Positions 46,520 to 57,800 of a stretch of DNA of 64,000 nt are shown piece by piece. The translations under genes were made by a program, and so were the position numbers. A model generated the notes under the pieces. The model saw nothing but the letters and a program-made list of their open reading frames with translations, had not been told where the DNA came from and ran no database searches. The first letter of the stretch is position 1, and each line of letters begins with the position of its first letter. Origin of the DNA: Schizochytrium sp. TIO01 (taxonomy: Eukaryota; Protista; Bigyra: Labyrinthulomycetes); assembly GCA_004764695.1 (NCBI GenBank), contig SMSO01000031.1, forward strand, positions 5,370,436 to 5,434,435. The letters are read 5' to 3'.

Positions 46520-48094
46520 TCAGCTTTCAAGCTTCTGATGCTTACGGATTGCATTGAGACTTGAGCCGACTGCAATAGGTTGTTCGACCTGCGCATCTTC
46601 AAGGTCAGCCTCGCGCTGCTTCTCCAGATTACGTAAAAACTGCATACGTTGTTCTCGGAGAGCTTCGCGAGAAGGTTTGGATTGTGGTTCTGCAGTATTG
46701 GAGGAGGAACTCAGAGCTGGGTCTTGCCCCGCCGAGGAGAGCTTACGACCTGCCCCAGAAAATGCTACAAATTGTGGGGATGCCGTGCTGTCCTCTTCAG
46801 TCGTTTGGGACGATTGTGCTGTCTGGCTTACGTCACCTTCAGTTTCTTCGACAGGAGCACCCTCTCCGACAAATGAAGAACCTGCGGTTCTCTGCGCGAA
46901 CCGAGAGGGCTTGCGGCGGCGCGCACGAGGCCTTGCTTGGGATGGGTTTTGCTCGGATGAATTCTCAGCTCCCATCCCTGCGGCCGTGGAGCCAACGATC
47001 TGAGAGGCGTCTGTAGCAGTGCTTGCGCCATTTAACGAGCGTCCTGCGCCCCACACGTGCCCTTGAGGGGTGGCCGTAGAGCTTGAAATTGGAGATGGTG
47101 TTTGATTCTTACAAGCTGCAACTGATGAAAGGGCTGCTTGCGAGACAGTTTGAAGCGCCTGCTGCGCGAGTGCTGCAAGCTGCTCATCGGTGCTAAATCC
47201 ACCCATGATGTTACTATTATTATTATTTTGGCTTCGTGCATGCGTATTGTTATTACTTCCGTTTTTAATAACGTGGTGAGCTACCTGTTCATCTTCGCGA
47301 TCACTTCCTGACCGCTCTCGAGATGATGGCCGCATTTTACCAACGTCAGGTTGATCGAGCGGAGGCGCAAAATCGACTTCAAGATCGAGATTGCCATAGA
47401 GCGATATCGCGGGTTCAGGCTGCGTTTCAACCACATTAATTTTATAATTTTCACCTGCTACGCTCACGACTAAGGTTTGGCCAGTGCTAAGCACAGAATA
47501 ATTTCTGAACGCATGTTCAAGAAGTTCGCGCAAATCCATGCTGGCTGCTAAGTCTATAAAGGCCGTTGTGTGCGGCTGCAGGCGGCACAAGGTGCCGTGC
47601 GGGAGCTTACCCTCCGACACGGACTTAAATTGAATTTTTTGACTTTCTTTAAGACGTAAATTTTGCATCATCCACTGGGGAACAAATGCCTTGCCCTCTG
47701 GTCCAGAAAACTCCATGACTCCACAAAATTGACGAGCTGGTGGGGCACGCTTCTTTTTTTGCTTGTCTGCTCCGGAAGCAGGGGTTGCTGGCCCTGGGAT
47801 AGCTGTAGGGCGCTTCTTCTTATTCGCTAAGGAAGACTCACCTCCGCGTGTAGGGTTGGTGGTTGTGTTGCTGTTGTTGGCGAGGTTTTTTACAATACGT
47901 GGGTTTGAGACTTCGAATGTGAGAGGAAAAGGGAGCTTCATTCGTGATACCGTTCGAAACATGCTTTGAGGGAGAATTACCTTGTCACCACCTTCAAGAT
48001 CTGAACGCCCGATGCTACCAACTGGGTAAACTGCCAACGTTTCTTCAAGGCTGGTGTTCTTTCCCGAGCCCCATCCTGGGTAAAGACGACTCAT
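46520..48094 (-). CDS. UFD1-family ubiquitin fusion degradation protein (p97/Cdc48 cofactor)
   Basis: LEGGDKVILPQS, FCGVMEFSGPEG.AFVPQWMMQNL, LPHGT.CRLQP, LLEHAFRNYSVLS, LEVDFAPP; SHP-box-like FSGAGRKL near the C-terminus. Confidence 0.88.
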   Translation of the reverse strand: MSRLYPGWGSGKNTSLEETLAVYPVGSIGRSDLEGGDKVILPQSMFRTVSRMKLPFPLTFEVSNPRIVKNLANNSNTTTNPTRGGESSLANKKKRPTAIPGPATPASGADKQKKKRAPPARQFCGVMEFSGPEGKAFVPQWMMQNLRLKESQKIQFKSVSEGKLPHGTLCRLQPHTTAFIDLAASMDLRELLEHAFRNYSVLSTGQTLVVSVAGENYKINVVETQPEPAISLYGNLDLEVDFAPPLDQPDVGKMRPSSRERSGSDREDEQVAHHVIKNGSNNNTHARSQNNNNSNIMGGFSTDEQLAALAQQALQTVSQAALSSVAACKNQTPSPISSSTATPQGHVWGAGRSLNGASTATDASQIVGSTAAGMGAENSSEQNPSQARPRARRRKPSRFAQRTAGSSFVGEGAPVEETEGDVSQTAQSSQTTEEDSTASPQFVAFSGAGRKLSSAGQDPALSSSSNTAEPQSKPSREALREQRMQFLRNLEKQREADLEDAQVEQPIAVGSSLNAIRKHQKLES

Positions 48095-50378
48095 GATGTA
48101 GTGTTGTTTTAGCTGATTTCTTGGACTTTGCTACAAGAATATAGTTTGGATCCTCAACACTCTTTCGGAAACCCTGAATACGTAACTACTGCTCCTGTTC
48201 CTGAGGAGAGGTTGTACAACTGCACTTGCACGCAAATGCACTCTTCAGCTCGCCTGTGCTCTCTAGCAATGTCTTTTGTTGGTTTTGGAAAGTATGTATA
48301 TTGTCTTGATTCTAGCCCTACAAAGCTATCGTGTCAGATACCCGCGCTGTGATCAAGCTGTATGCACTGCTTGTTTTGTCTGTGCACCCAAGGCCTCTCT
48401 TCCCTGTGGTGTTCAAACCGTCTCGCCTACGGCGATTTGCTTTCGCGCACGAGTCTAGCTTGTGCGGCTATCTATTCTTGCACAGGCTGTGCTTTATATA
48501 TTCACTCCATATACTTAAGTGCTCAAGCTCAATGTAATACCAAGGATATCGAAAAATGTGAGCGTTGATATCCGTTGGCGTTAGGCCAGATTTGCTCGCG
48601 TTGCGGCACTTATCCTGCTCTGGTGCTAAAATACAAGAATGCAACAGACGTACCACAGATACATCGCAGCTCACTAGAGCGATCCATAATTAATAAATAC
48701 TGACTTGTTCGTTCGGAGATAACTGAGCGCGTGAACGTGCGCTCTCGCGACTTACCGAGGACCTCTTGGAGTCACTTCATGAGACTAGGGCTCTTTGACG
48801 ATACTTAAAGCATTAAATAAGGTCTAGGTTTCTCGTACACTCTTGAGGAGTGAGACTATGTACTAGTAGTGAGCCATGGCGTTTTAATCAGTTGAGCAGC
48901 AATGTGGAGTTCCTCGCTGGCCAACGAGGATATTAGCTGACTGAATGTGAAGGTAGCAACTTGAGGCACTACCTACCTACCCACTAGGCTAAGAGTACGA
49001 CTGCAAGTACTTTAAAATAGGTTGATGCATAAGTTGGCGCTTATTAAGCCATAGGAATACACGCGTCAATGTACGGCGAAGCACATTTAAGAAAGGCTAG
49101 GAAACGTGAAGTCAGTGGACACGAGGCCGAGCTCCACATTACTGTGCCTTCGTACGTGCCTAGAAATGAAGATCACTCTCGTTTATGAAAACTTGCAATG
49201 CCAGCTTGACGATGGCTCAACCTCAAAGTCGGGATAGAAGAAGAAGGACCCACCAATCAGTATCAGTATTGGGGTCCAAAGAGTCACCCGAATCTGCGTC
49301 CACATTGTCGGCAGGTCCAGAACAAGAACAACCAACACCCAGGCCTTGCTTCCCAAAAGTCTAGTCTTTCGAACCCAAGTCTTTGCATGGCACGAGGCCT
49401 CTTCTCCCAGTGCAGCAGCGACGGGTCCCAGGTCAAGACCTCCTCCAGGCCCTCGCAGTCAGTGCCTCGCCTTTGGCCCAGATCCTCGTTTTCATCGCTC
49501 CAGTCCATAGGTGTTCAAACTCGAGACCCCCGCATCACCGCCACGCGCATCGCACAACGGTCGAGGTCTTTCATTGAAAGACCGTTGCAGAAGCCCCTTA
49601 AACCCCCCTATCGCGCCCCTCGTAGGCCCACCTTCGGACCCGCACAGTAAGGCGGTACTCATGAGCTGTGTCCTCCAGACGTTGAGTTCTCCGAGACGTG
49701 GAAAAGCCGGAGTCCGCCGCTCTCATTTGCAAACGTGCGGAGAGCGCCCGCAGAGTGAGGGATTCTGGCGAAGCCGCTGCTGAGGCCGCGGCTCCCGGCT
49801 CAGAGCGGCCTTGGTAGAGTTTCGGGAGCGAGCTCGAGCGTCGCTTGCCGCACTACTGCGTGAGTTGAAGAACTTTGAGAAAGAAGAAGTTGCCAGAAAC
49901 AATGACCATAGTAGAAAGAGGAAAGAAAGAGAAAAAAGCGGGAACTGTACGGAGCTAGGGTCAGATAGGCGTATCAGTAGGCCCCGAGGATGCAAAATCT
50001 ACCTACTTCAGGAACGGATACTAGTAGTTGGTATCAGGATGCTAGGGGAGGGTCCTAGCAGATGTGTACCTAACTGCTATGGTGCCAAAGGGCTCTCCCA
50101 AAGCCAGCCTCGTGCTGGATAAGGTGTAGATAGGAGAAACAGTAGGCCTGGAGAGTCTTGCAATGCAAGCAGAGAGAGCAAAAATCCTGAAAGAAGCAGA
50201 AAAAGCAAAGCCGACCGGAGATGCAGCAAACCCGAAACTAAAAGACATCCCGCGCCCGGTCAATACACGAGTCGCTTGCGAGTCTTTGTCGCCTCCTTCC
50301 GCCGCGTTCCAAGAGACCGAACTTGCGTTGTGCTCGGGGAGAGACTTGCGTAGTAGCTAGCAAGTAAGGAACAAGAAG

Positions 50379-51256
50379 ATGGCGACTATCATGGACAAGA
50401 TGAGCATGAGCCTGGACACTATCATTGAGAAGAAAAGGGCAGAGCTCGAGGAGGAAAAGCGCATCAAGAGACTCGCAGCGGCTGCCGCTGCCGAGGTCGC
50501 TAAGGCTAAGAAGGCCGAGGCTGCTTCTGCGGCTGCAGCCAAGACTGCCGCCAAGGCTAAGACGCCAGCCAAGAAGCAGCAGCAACCCAAGCAGGCCGGC
50601 TCTGCACAGAAGAAGCCTGCTAACGCTGGTAAGGAGAACGCCCAGGGCAAGGCTGTTGCCAACAAGGGAATCAAGCGAGGCACCCCTGGAAAGGATGCCC
50701 CCAAGAATGCTCAGCAGCTGCAAACTCAGCAGCAACAGCAAGGCTCTGCTAAGAAGAAGCAGAAGCTCGAACCTGGCGCAAAAAACAACAACGCTAACAA
50801 GACCCCTGCTAAGGCCAACGCTAACAAGACCCCTGCAAAGGCCAACGCTAACAAAACCCCTGCCAAGGCCAACGCTAACAAAACCCCTGCCAAGGCCAAC
50901 GCTAACAAGACCCCTGCCAAGGCCAACGCTAACAAGACCCCTGCCAAGCTAACGCTAACAAGACCCCTGCCAAGGCTAACGCCAACAAAACTCCGGCTAA
51001 TGGAGCCAAAAACCCTGGTGCTGGCAAGCAACAGCAGAAGGCTAAGGCTCCTCAGCAGCAGCAGCAACAGCAAGCCAAGGGTGGCAAGAAGCAGGGTGCG
51101 CCGAAGCAACAGGCCAAGCAGGACAACGGCAAGAAGGGAGCCAAGCAGTCCACCATTACACAGACTAGTCGTGAAAAGCTCGCTGACAAGACGAAGCAGC
51201 GCCAGAAGCAAAACCGTGCCCAGCGCACAAAACAGGCTCGTGAGGCCAAGAAGTAG
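50379..51256 (+). CDS. Basic K/A/Q-rich protein with ALY/REF-type N-terminal UAP56-binding motif; 1-bp deletion at ~50948
   Basis: MDKMSMSLDTII resembles the ALYREF N-terminus MADKMDMSLDDII. Restoring one G in repeat unit 6 gives a compositionally consistent C-terminus ...KQAREAKK ending at TAG 51254-51256. Confidence 0.65.
50790..50998 (+). repeat. 27-bp coding minisatellite AACGCTAACAAGACCCCTGCCAAGGCC (~7.7 units; NANKTPAKA)
   Basis: Units start at 50790, 50817, 50844, 50871, 50898, 50925 (26 bp), 50951 and 50978 (partial); variation is at synonymous third positions. Confidence 0.92.
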
Positions 51257-52681
51257 ATTTGTTTTCATGTCGACAAGACAACGACTAGATTTGTACTACA
51301 CGTGAGTTCCTGTTCCTCTCTTCGCCGTCTGTGCACGTAATGATTCCCGTATCTTCACACACACACAAGTTTCTTTTTATATGTATCGAATGAACATATG
51401 AAAAGGGGCGCTTCAACGGCGTGGTGAAGGGGTTCGATTCATTTGATTTGTGATTATTTTTCCTTTTCTGTACCCGATATATCTGTTTCTCCCAGAATGA
51501 CGAGTATTGTTGATGATTCACAAAGACCAGGGCATTGAGCACTTTAAAGCTTGCTTTAACCCTCCTTTGGTAAAAGCGAAGCAGTGATCTGTCCACTTTC
51601 CACTTTCATTCTCTCTTTCTCTTAATTTTCTATACTTGCGATTACAGCAGGCAGGAGAGTAAGGTATGAATGTTTACATTACAGATAATTGATAACTCTG
51701 TAATCGGGTGAAAGTGGAATCAGGTACAGTAGACAGATGTTGTACAATATTCATTGGCAATCTGTTAATCAATGTCTTGGAGATTCTGCCATCTCAAGAG
51801 TGAAAAAACTACCGCTTGCAATGCTGCGCTGGGTCTTGGCGTACTTTTTTGCTTTGGTTGTTCCCTCCTCTTGCTCTATGCTTTTGGAGGTGGCATATTT
51901 CTCTTCTTTTCCATTTCAAGATCTAGATACAGCGGAGAGTTGAATTGGCGCGCAATTTTCTGTTGTATGATCTTGAAGACTTGGAGACCTTCCTGTCTTG
52001 TCTCATTACTTTTTAGTAGACCATCTTGGCATGCGATGCTTGGGATTTTACTTGAAACATGTCCACTTGTCGATTTGTTGCCTGTTTAGAATCACACCTT
52101 GCGTTGTGTAGAGCCCTTGTTTATACTTTTCTTCTTGTTCTTTCCCTTGTTGCTAGAACTTGTATCATAACTTCTTGTTTTTCGTGAATTTGCTGATGTG
52201 CTAATTCTATCAAGGGCTTTAGAAGGGTTGGATCTTCTAATAAGATCATCTTGAGCTTGCTGAGCTGGTGAGTTGAATTGTTAAATTGGTTGTTAAAAAT
52301 CAGTACAACTGATCAGTCATTTACAGAATGGTCCTGTTTTTCCTGAGAATGTTAAGACCCATGTAGTTGCTTGTAAGGATGTTCGGATATCAGTCGATGT
52401 GTGTAGTTATTGTACTGGTAGATAGACGAGTTAACAAGAACACAACGATTTCCTCAGAAAAGCCACATAGGTACAAGAAAGACATATCAGTGTTGTACGT
52501 GTGTTATATGCCTTATACATACAAACAAAAAGGATTCAAAACAGAAAAATATATATGGGCGAGTCTTGATTTAAATTTATTGAAAAGGATAGATAGATGA
52601 ATATGTAAACCTTTGCAGAATTTTAATGTAGAATAAAGACATGATGGAAAGTTAATTTAGCAACGGTTGGTAGGAGATAAG

Positions 52682-54802
52682 TTACGGGAGTGGTCTCGAG
52701 GTCCGCGTAGGATCTTCAAGACTCTGAAGAGAAGACGCCTGGTCAGGTCCAAGCGTCGCATATATAGTAAAAGCGAGGCTAGCGGCGCGTGCGCGGACTT
52801 CCCCATTCCAGTGGCTGTTGGAAGTCTGTCTAGCGGTGTCGGCAAGATCTTGCACGGCGCTCATGATCAACTCGTAGCTATCGTTAAGAAAGGGTGAAGC
52901 AAAATTGACCAACTTCTCAGCAAAAGTCATGGCTGAATTGGCCACATGCCAATTATCATGAAGTAAACATCGGGTTGTGCGTTTGAGCACGGGAACAAGC
53001 AATTTAAACACAATGTCATCGTTGGAAGCACGGAAGACAGCTTCGAGCTGCGCGAGAGAAGCTACTTGCAGCTCACTGTTTTGGTATGGCCAGCGCTTAA
53101 GCAAACGATGAACTACGTAAGGTGCAGCATGCTCTGGGTCGGCCTCAACGAAGCGATCGACGCTGCGGCTTAGAACAACTTTATCAGCAGGCAAGAGAAA
53201 CTCGCCTGCGATGTGGTCCAGGAGTCGCAAGACAACGCCTAATAGATCTATATCAACAGGTGCATACGCGCAGTGTTCCGCCGCAAAATTGAGCAAATGA
53301 GAAACCGGGTGAAGACGAGCTGCTTGGTCCTCGCGAATTTCGCTTTCGCGAATTTCAGGCGACCACACAGCTGAAGGCATGTTGACGTTGTTCACTGTGG
53401 AAAATTCATCGTTGTCAAGCATGTCTTCAAGATCTGTCATATCCTCCTCAGCTCCTGCAGGAGAATCCATCCGTGACCGCATCTCCACCATTGCATGCCC
53501 AAGGGCTTCCGTGAGTTTACGATGAGGCACAGCAGTATCCTTGTCTCCATTGACAACGCAATTTTGCAGCTCTAGAATAATGTGATGAATGTTTTGTTGC
53601 TGCGAACGAGGTGTACGGACGAGCGTGGCAAGAAGAGTATGGATGCGCGCGAGCCTCTCATCAGTGTTCATCGTATGCGTCGATTGACTGTGGTGATGGC
53701 GTTGGTAGTGATGAGTTGGTGGTCTATCTTCGCGTTCCATGCCAAGGCCAGATGAGTTGTGCACTCGGTTAGCTAAATGGCGACTATTGTCGTCATCCTC
53801 CTCCTCCTCATCGTCGTCGTCGTCATCATCATCATCCTCGTCTGACGAGTAGTCTGATGAAGATGATGGATCATGCATATCCTCCTCAAAGTCGTTATTA
53901 TGGTGATCAGATGCGGAGGAGAGTGAGGAGGGGCGAAGGGTTCTCGCGGGGTGATGGTTGTGGAGTTGCTCTTGTGGCATTTCGGGGCGCTGCTGAGATA
54001 CCTGTGGTGCCTCTGGCCTGGCAAGGTGAGGCTCTTCAGTTTTGGAGAAGTTGAACGCAATTTCGCGCTCGCCATTGATAGAAACGCACGCCACAAAGCT
54101 AGGCCTTGCACGGGGATTTGTGGAGTCGCCCAGATTGCCAAAGGACGCATCGCGGTGTTGGATCATGGCGCGCTTAAGATGTGTGTTATGAAGCTTGACG
54201 AGGTCACAACTGGAATTTCGCGGAGTTTGGCGCTGGCGTTTTGACCGAAGGCTCACTGCTGATGCGGATGCGATAGACTTCATCCGTGTCTCAAGCGTGA
54301 ATTTGTCTGTGTATTCCTCGACAGACCTTGCACTTTGAAACAAAGTTGCCTCGATCCTCCGTGCCAGAGCCGGGATTTGTCGCACAATATTTGCTGGTGC
54401 ATTTGGTTTTGATTTGCGAAGAAAGGCAGAAATTTGGCCTACCATCAGATCCCTATGAAATTGGCTAATCTCTGTGGTGCAAAACTGTCCTGCACTTTGT
54501 AGAACAGCGTTTTGCAGCACAGCGTTTTGCAGCTGTACGCTCGCGCCAAATGGGCTGTGATCTTGAACATTCTCTTCCAGTTGTTGCCGCTCCTGTTGAA
54601 ACGGGCGTTTTGGTGATTGATTCTGTTCAATATTATATTGGCGATGGCGTTGTTGCATAGAAGCCTCATCGGGGGCCACCATCGCGTCCTCCAGCGCAGC
54701 CTCGCTGCTTCTGAGTCGTGCGGCGGCGGCTGCAACAACTGCAGCGGCCTCTTGCGCGCTCGCTGCCTGTGTGGTGGGCTCCTGGCAGACCATGGGGTCC
54801 AT
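52682..54802 (-). CDS. KIX-like domain + acidic linker + C-terminal PP2A B56 (B') HEAT-repeat fusion protein
   Basis: HRDLMVGQISAFLRKSKPNAP...IPALARRIEATLFQSARSVEEY.DKFTLETRM (KIX_2/Med15/CBP-like); FVEADP...RLLKRWPYQNS...LAQLEAV...RCLLHDNWHVANSAM...SNSHWNGEV (B56 C-half); 706 aa. Confidence 0.72.
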   Translation of the reverse strand: MDPMVCQEPTTQAASAQEAAAVVAAAAARLRSSEAALEDAMVAPDEASMQQRHRQYNIEQNQSPKRPFQQERQQLEENVQDHSPFGASVQLQNAVLQNAVLQSAGQFCTTEISQFHRDLMVGQISAFLRKSKPNAPANIVRQIPALARRIEATLFQSARSVEEYTDKFTLETRMKSIASASAVSLRSKRQRQTPRNSSCDLVKLHNTHLKRAMIQHRDASFGNLGDSTNPRARPSFVACVSINGEREIAFNFSKTEEPHLARPEAPQVSQQRPEMPQEQLHNHHPARTLRPSSLSSASDHHNNDFEEDMHDPSSSSDYSSDEDDDDDDDDDEEEEDDDNSRHLANRVHNSSGLGMEREDRPPTHHYQRHHHSQSTHTMNTDERLARIHTLLATLVRTPRSQQQNIHHIILELQNCVVNGDKDTAVPHRKLTEALGHAMVEMRSRMDSPAGAEEDMTDLEDMLDNDEFSTVNNVNMPSAVWSPEIRESEIREDQAARLHPVSHLLNFAAEHCAYAPVDIDLLGVVLRLLDHIAGEFLLPADKVVLSRSVDRFVEADPEHAAPYVVHRLLKRWPYQNSELQVASLAQLEAVFRASNDDIVFKLLVPVLKRTTRCLLHDNWHVANSAMTFAEKLVNFASPFLNDSYELIMSAVQDLADTARQTSNSHWNGEVRARAASLAFTIYATLGPDQASSLQSLEDPTRTSRPLP

Positions 54803-57800
54803 GGACGCGGTCGCTGCTCTCGTTCCCGCGGCTCTCTATATGAAGAGAAAGAGAGAGAGAGAGAGAGACCCAGCACCTCTCAAGTGCTACCGGCGGGGTT
54901 TGAAAGGCGAAGAGGAGGTCTCTACTAGGCTTTGGATGCGTCGCAGTCCTGTCCGCACGTTGTTGTCGCCGTCGAAGCAGCTACCCAAAGCTGTTGGAGG
55001 AGCTGCTGCTGCCGCTGCCGCTGTTGATGTTGACGAGGTTTCTTTGGAAATGAAAGGGCGACACAGAGAAGAGATGGGCTGAGCAGGGTAAGTAAGCACG
55101 CACGAAGGAAGAAGGGCAGTAACCCGGAGAGTCTGCCGCTGGCTGATGATGATTCACGGGGGTGGTTTAGTTGTTGGCCTGAGAGGCGCGTACCTGCGGG
55201 GCGGGAGTGAGGGTCGCGGCGGGGGAGCGGGCAGGCAGGCCGCGGCCCGAGGCGGTCATGATTCCTCCTTTGCTTGCCGCGCTTTCTTTCTTTTCTTTTT
55301 CTGGGTGGTGTTCTTCCTCTTTTTTACAGTAGGTATTCTTTTACAGCATAAACACAGAAATCAATAAATAATTAAAATATTGTGCGGGAACTTTTTACTT
55401 TAAAATGTGTTTTTAAACTATTTCCATTTGGAGTTCTTTAATATATACATGTATGATGATTTATTTGTTTATTTTTATGTATTTAAAAAAGCAGTATTGA
55501 TTGCTATAAGAATGGAAAAGACTCCTACTGCGTATGCTTTCATTCTACCGTATAAACATTTTCGATAATTGATTGCGATTGTCATAAACTCGAGGCTCCA
55601 AACCCTCAAAAGCCTTCACCTCTTCTCTCGCATAGGTGGCACAAGAGATAATAGATATTCCGCAATTCGCTTTCGCTCCCGCTCGATAATGAGGAGGGAA
55701 GAAAGATAGCCTGAAAGGCTTCAGATGAGGGACTTTAGTTTCCGCTGTAGGTATCAATGCCAACTCCTTATACTAGCACCAACTAGCACTGTAGTAGGGC
55801 AGGCATGAGCTTGAAAGCAATTACAAATGAAGATGGAGAATCGTAAGAAGAGCATTAAAGCGCTCAGTTCCTATGTTCTTCTTACTTTTGTTCCCGCTCC
55901 CGGCTTCTTTTCTCTTTCTTTCTTTCTCTTTCATGTTTTTGTTCTTCTTTCACTGCAGCGACGACTAGTTATAGGCGTACTTCGCAGAAGATGGCGATTA
56001 TTTTTAATTTTAATTTTATATGTAATGAAAATATGTATAAGTAGCCACGATGAGGGAAAGAAAGAAATGCAAATGAAAACATTTCTTCGCCTTTGGCATT
56101 GAAAGAGCACCATGAAGAGAGAAGCGAGAGCAGTGCGGGGCAGAGAGTTTTGCGCACACGAGCCATGAACACGCATCTGGAATAGACGTGCCACGCGTAA
56201 TAGCCTTCCACTCCGGGGCCTACTGTTAGACTCCAATTGTCGCAGATGATTGTCAGAATTCACTTCTTTCAATTCGCTCTTTCTTTTTTTTAAAGTTTCT
56301 CCGAGGTTGCTTTTATTTCGTTTCTTCATTTCACTCCATCTATATACTTATAATACACTTTCACTTTCTCAAAAAATAGACTTCTATTCACTGAGTTGGA
56401 AGAGAACTGAGTTTCTCTCTAGCTAGAGGAAACAAAAATAACCTTTTGAAATTAGTATGGAGATTATCGATCTTTCAAGATAGCCTAGAAGGGGTATATT
56501 AGATTATATATATAGGTACTATATAACAGAGAGAGAGAGAGATAAATAGATAAATAGATAGACAGTTGCCTCGGGCCCATTCGTATCGCCTCTTGAATCG
56601 TGCCCAACTCCAAATGAGGAGAAATTCAAGCAAATCGGGTTCGTGCTGCTTTTAGCCCTGGTTTGAGATGGGTGTCCTGGCTAGAACGTTTGTTTGTGTA
56701 TTAATAATAGACAGAAGCTGAGACAGTCAGCTTTTCGAGGAGGGTCTCGTTCTCTGCCATGATCAAGATAAGCTCAAGTTCAGACAAGCCTTTCCCTTGA
56801 GAGTCTCACGTCACAGAAGATATCGTACTCGAGGAGACCAGCTTTGAAAGCGCACATGAGCTGTCTGAGGTTGGCGGTGATTCGTGGAAGCCATTGGTCA
56901 GCTCGAAGAAGGTTCCGTTGACGTGGCATTTTTGAGATTGCAGGTAGGTACCTCGATGGAGTTCGATCTCAAGGAAGGGTGCTGTCGATTCGTGACCATC
57001 AAATGCTATCGTCTCATGCGCCAATGGAATAGCGAATGCATGGCATCAAAGCTAATCTTTTGTTCGCACCAGAGGGCTCTCTTCTGCACGAGACGAGCCA
57101 AGACTAACTAAGCAGGCAAACCCGCGTGAAATACCTAGACCATGACCTCTCTCGCTTTGCGCAGCATTGACTCGCCAGAGCTGTAGTTATTTACTTATTC
57201 GTGACGCCCTGTACCCGAGGAAGGCTGATACTGGCGAGGCCTCGATGTCTTGAGTTGAAGGATCATCCAGCCAGCCAGCCGGACAGCAGCCAGGCACTGG
57301 GAGTGGCAGAGGTGCTGGGTGTTTGTTTGCCTGCAGCGGGAGGTGGTCGCCCTGAGTCTGCCATTCAGCTTTCCCGGCAGAATGCATGGAAGAAGCGTCG
57401 TGGTATAGAATGCCAGTACGTCCAGGTACCTACCTACGTACGTTGTACGTATGTGCCTTTACATTTTCGTTGCTGTTGATTACGTACACACACGCTTACG
57501 TAAGTACGTACGCGCGTAGCCCCACTTAGTCCCTGCTAGGAGGCCATCTGATGGCATTACATCGTTAGGTTCGCTCGCTCTCTTCGGTCGATCGACGAGT
57601 TTTGAGATTAAGGGCCTCCGAGTCTGTGGCAAATATGCTGATCTCTCATAAATGAAGATGCCGTGGGGGGCCTTCAGGTTGCTCTGCGCAGGGTCCTAGA
57701 AGCCCAAGATCGTAAATCGCATCTAGGCGGACACTTGGTTACAGCTATTTGTACTAAGTTTGTTGTTGTGTCTGGAATTAAGTGATTTCTGGTTGTTGCA

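Noticed and set aside
49284-50360. GC-rich short ORFs upstream of the UBM gene
   Set aside because: Many short frames on both strands without recognisable domains; likely promoter/UTR or decayed DNA.
50790-50998. 27-bp repeats as a possible CRISPR array
   Set aside because: No spacers, in-frame coding repeat with synonymous variation, eukaryotic context.
51405-51445. GGTTCGATTC tRNA T-loop/B-box word
   Set aside because: No T-stem closure, acceptor stem or cloverleaf; lies in a probable 3' UTR.
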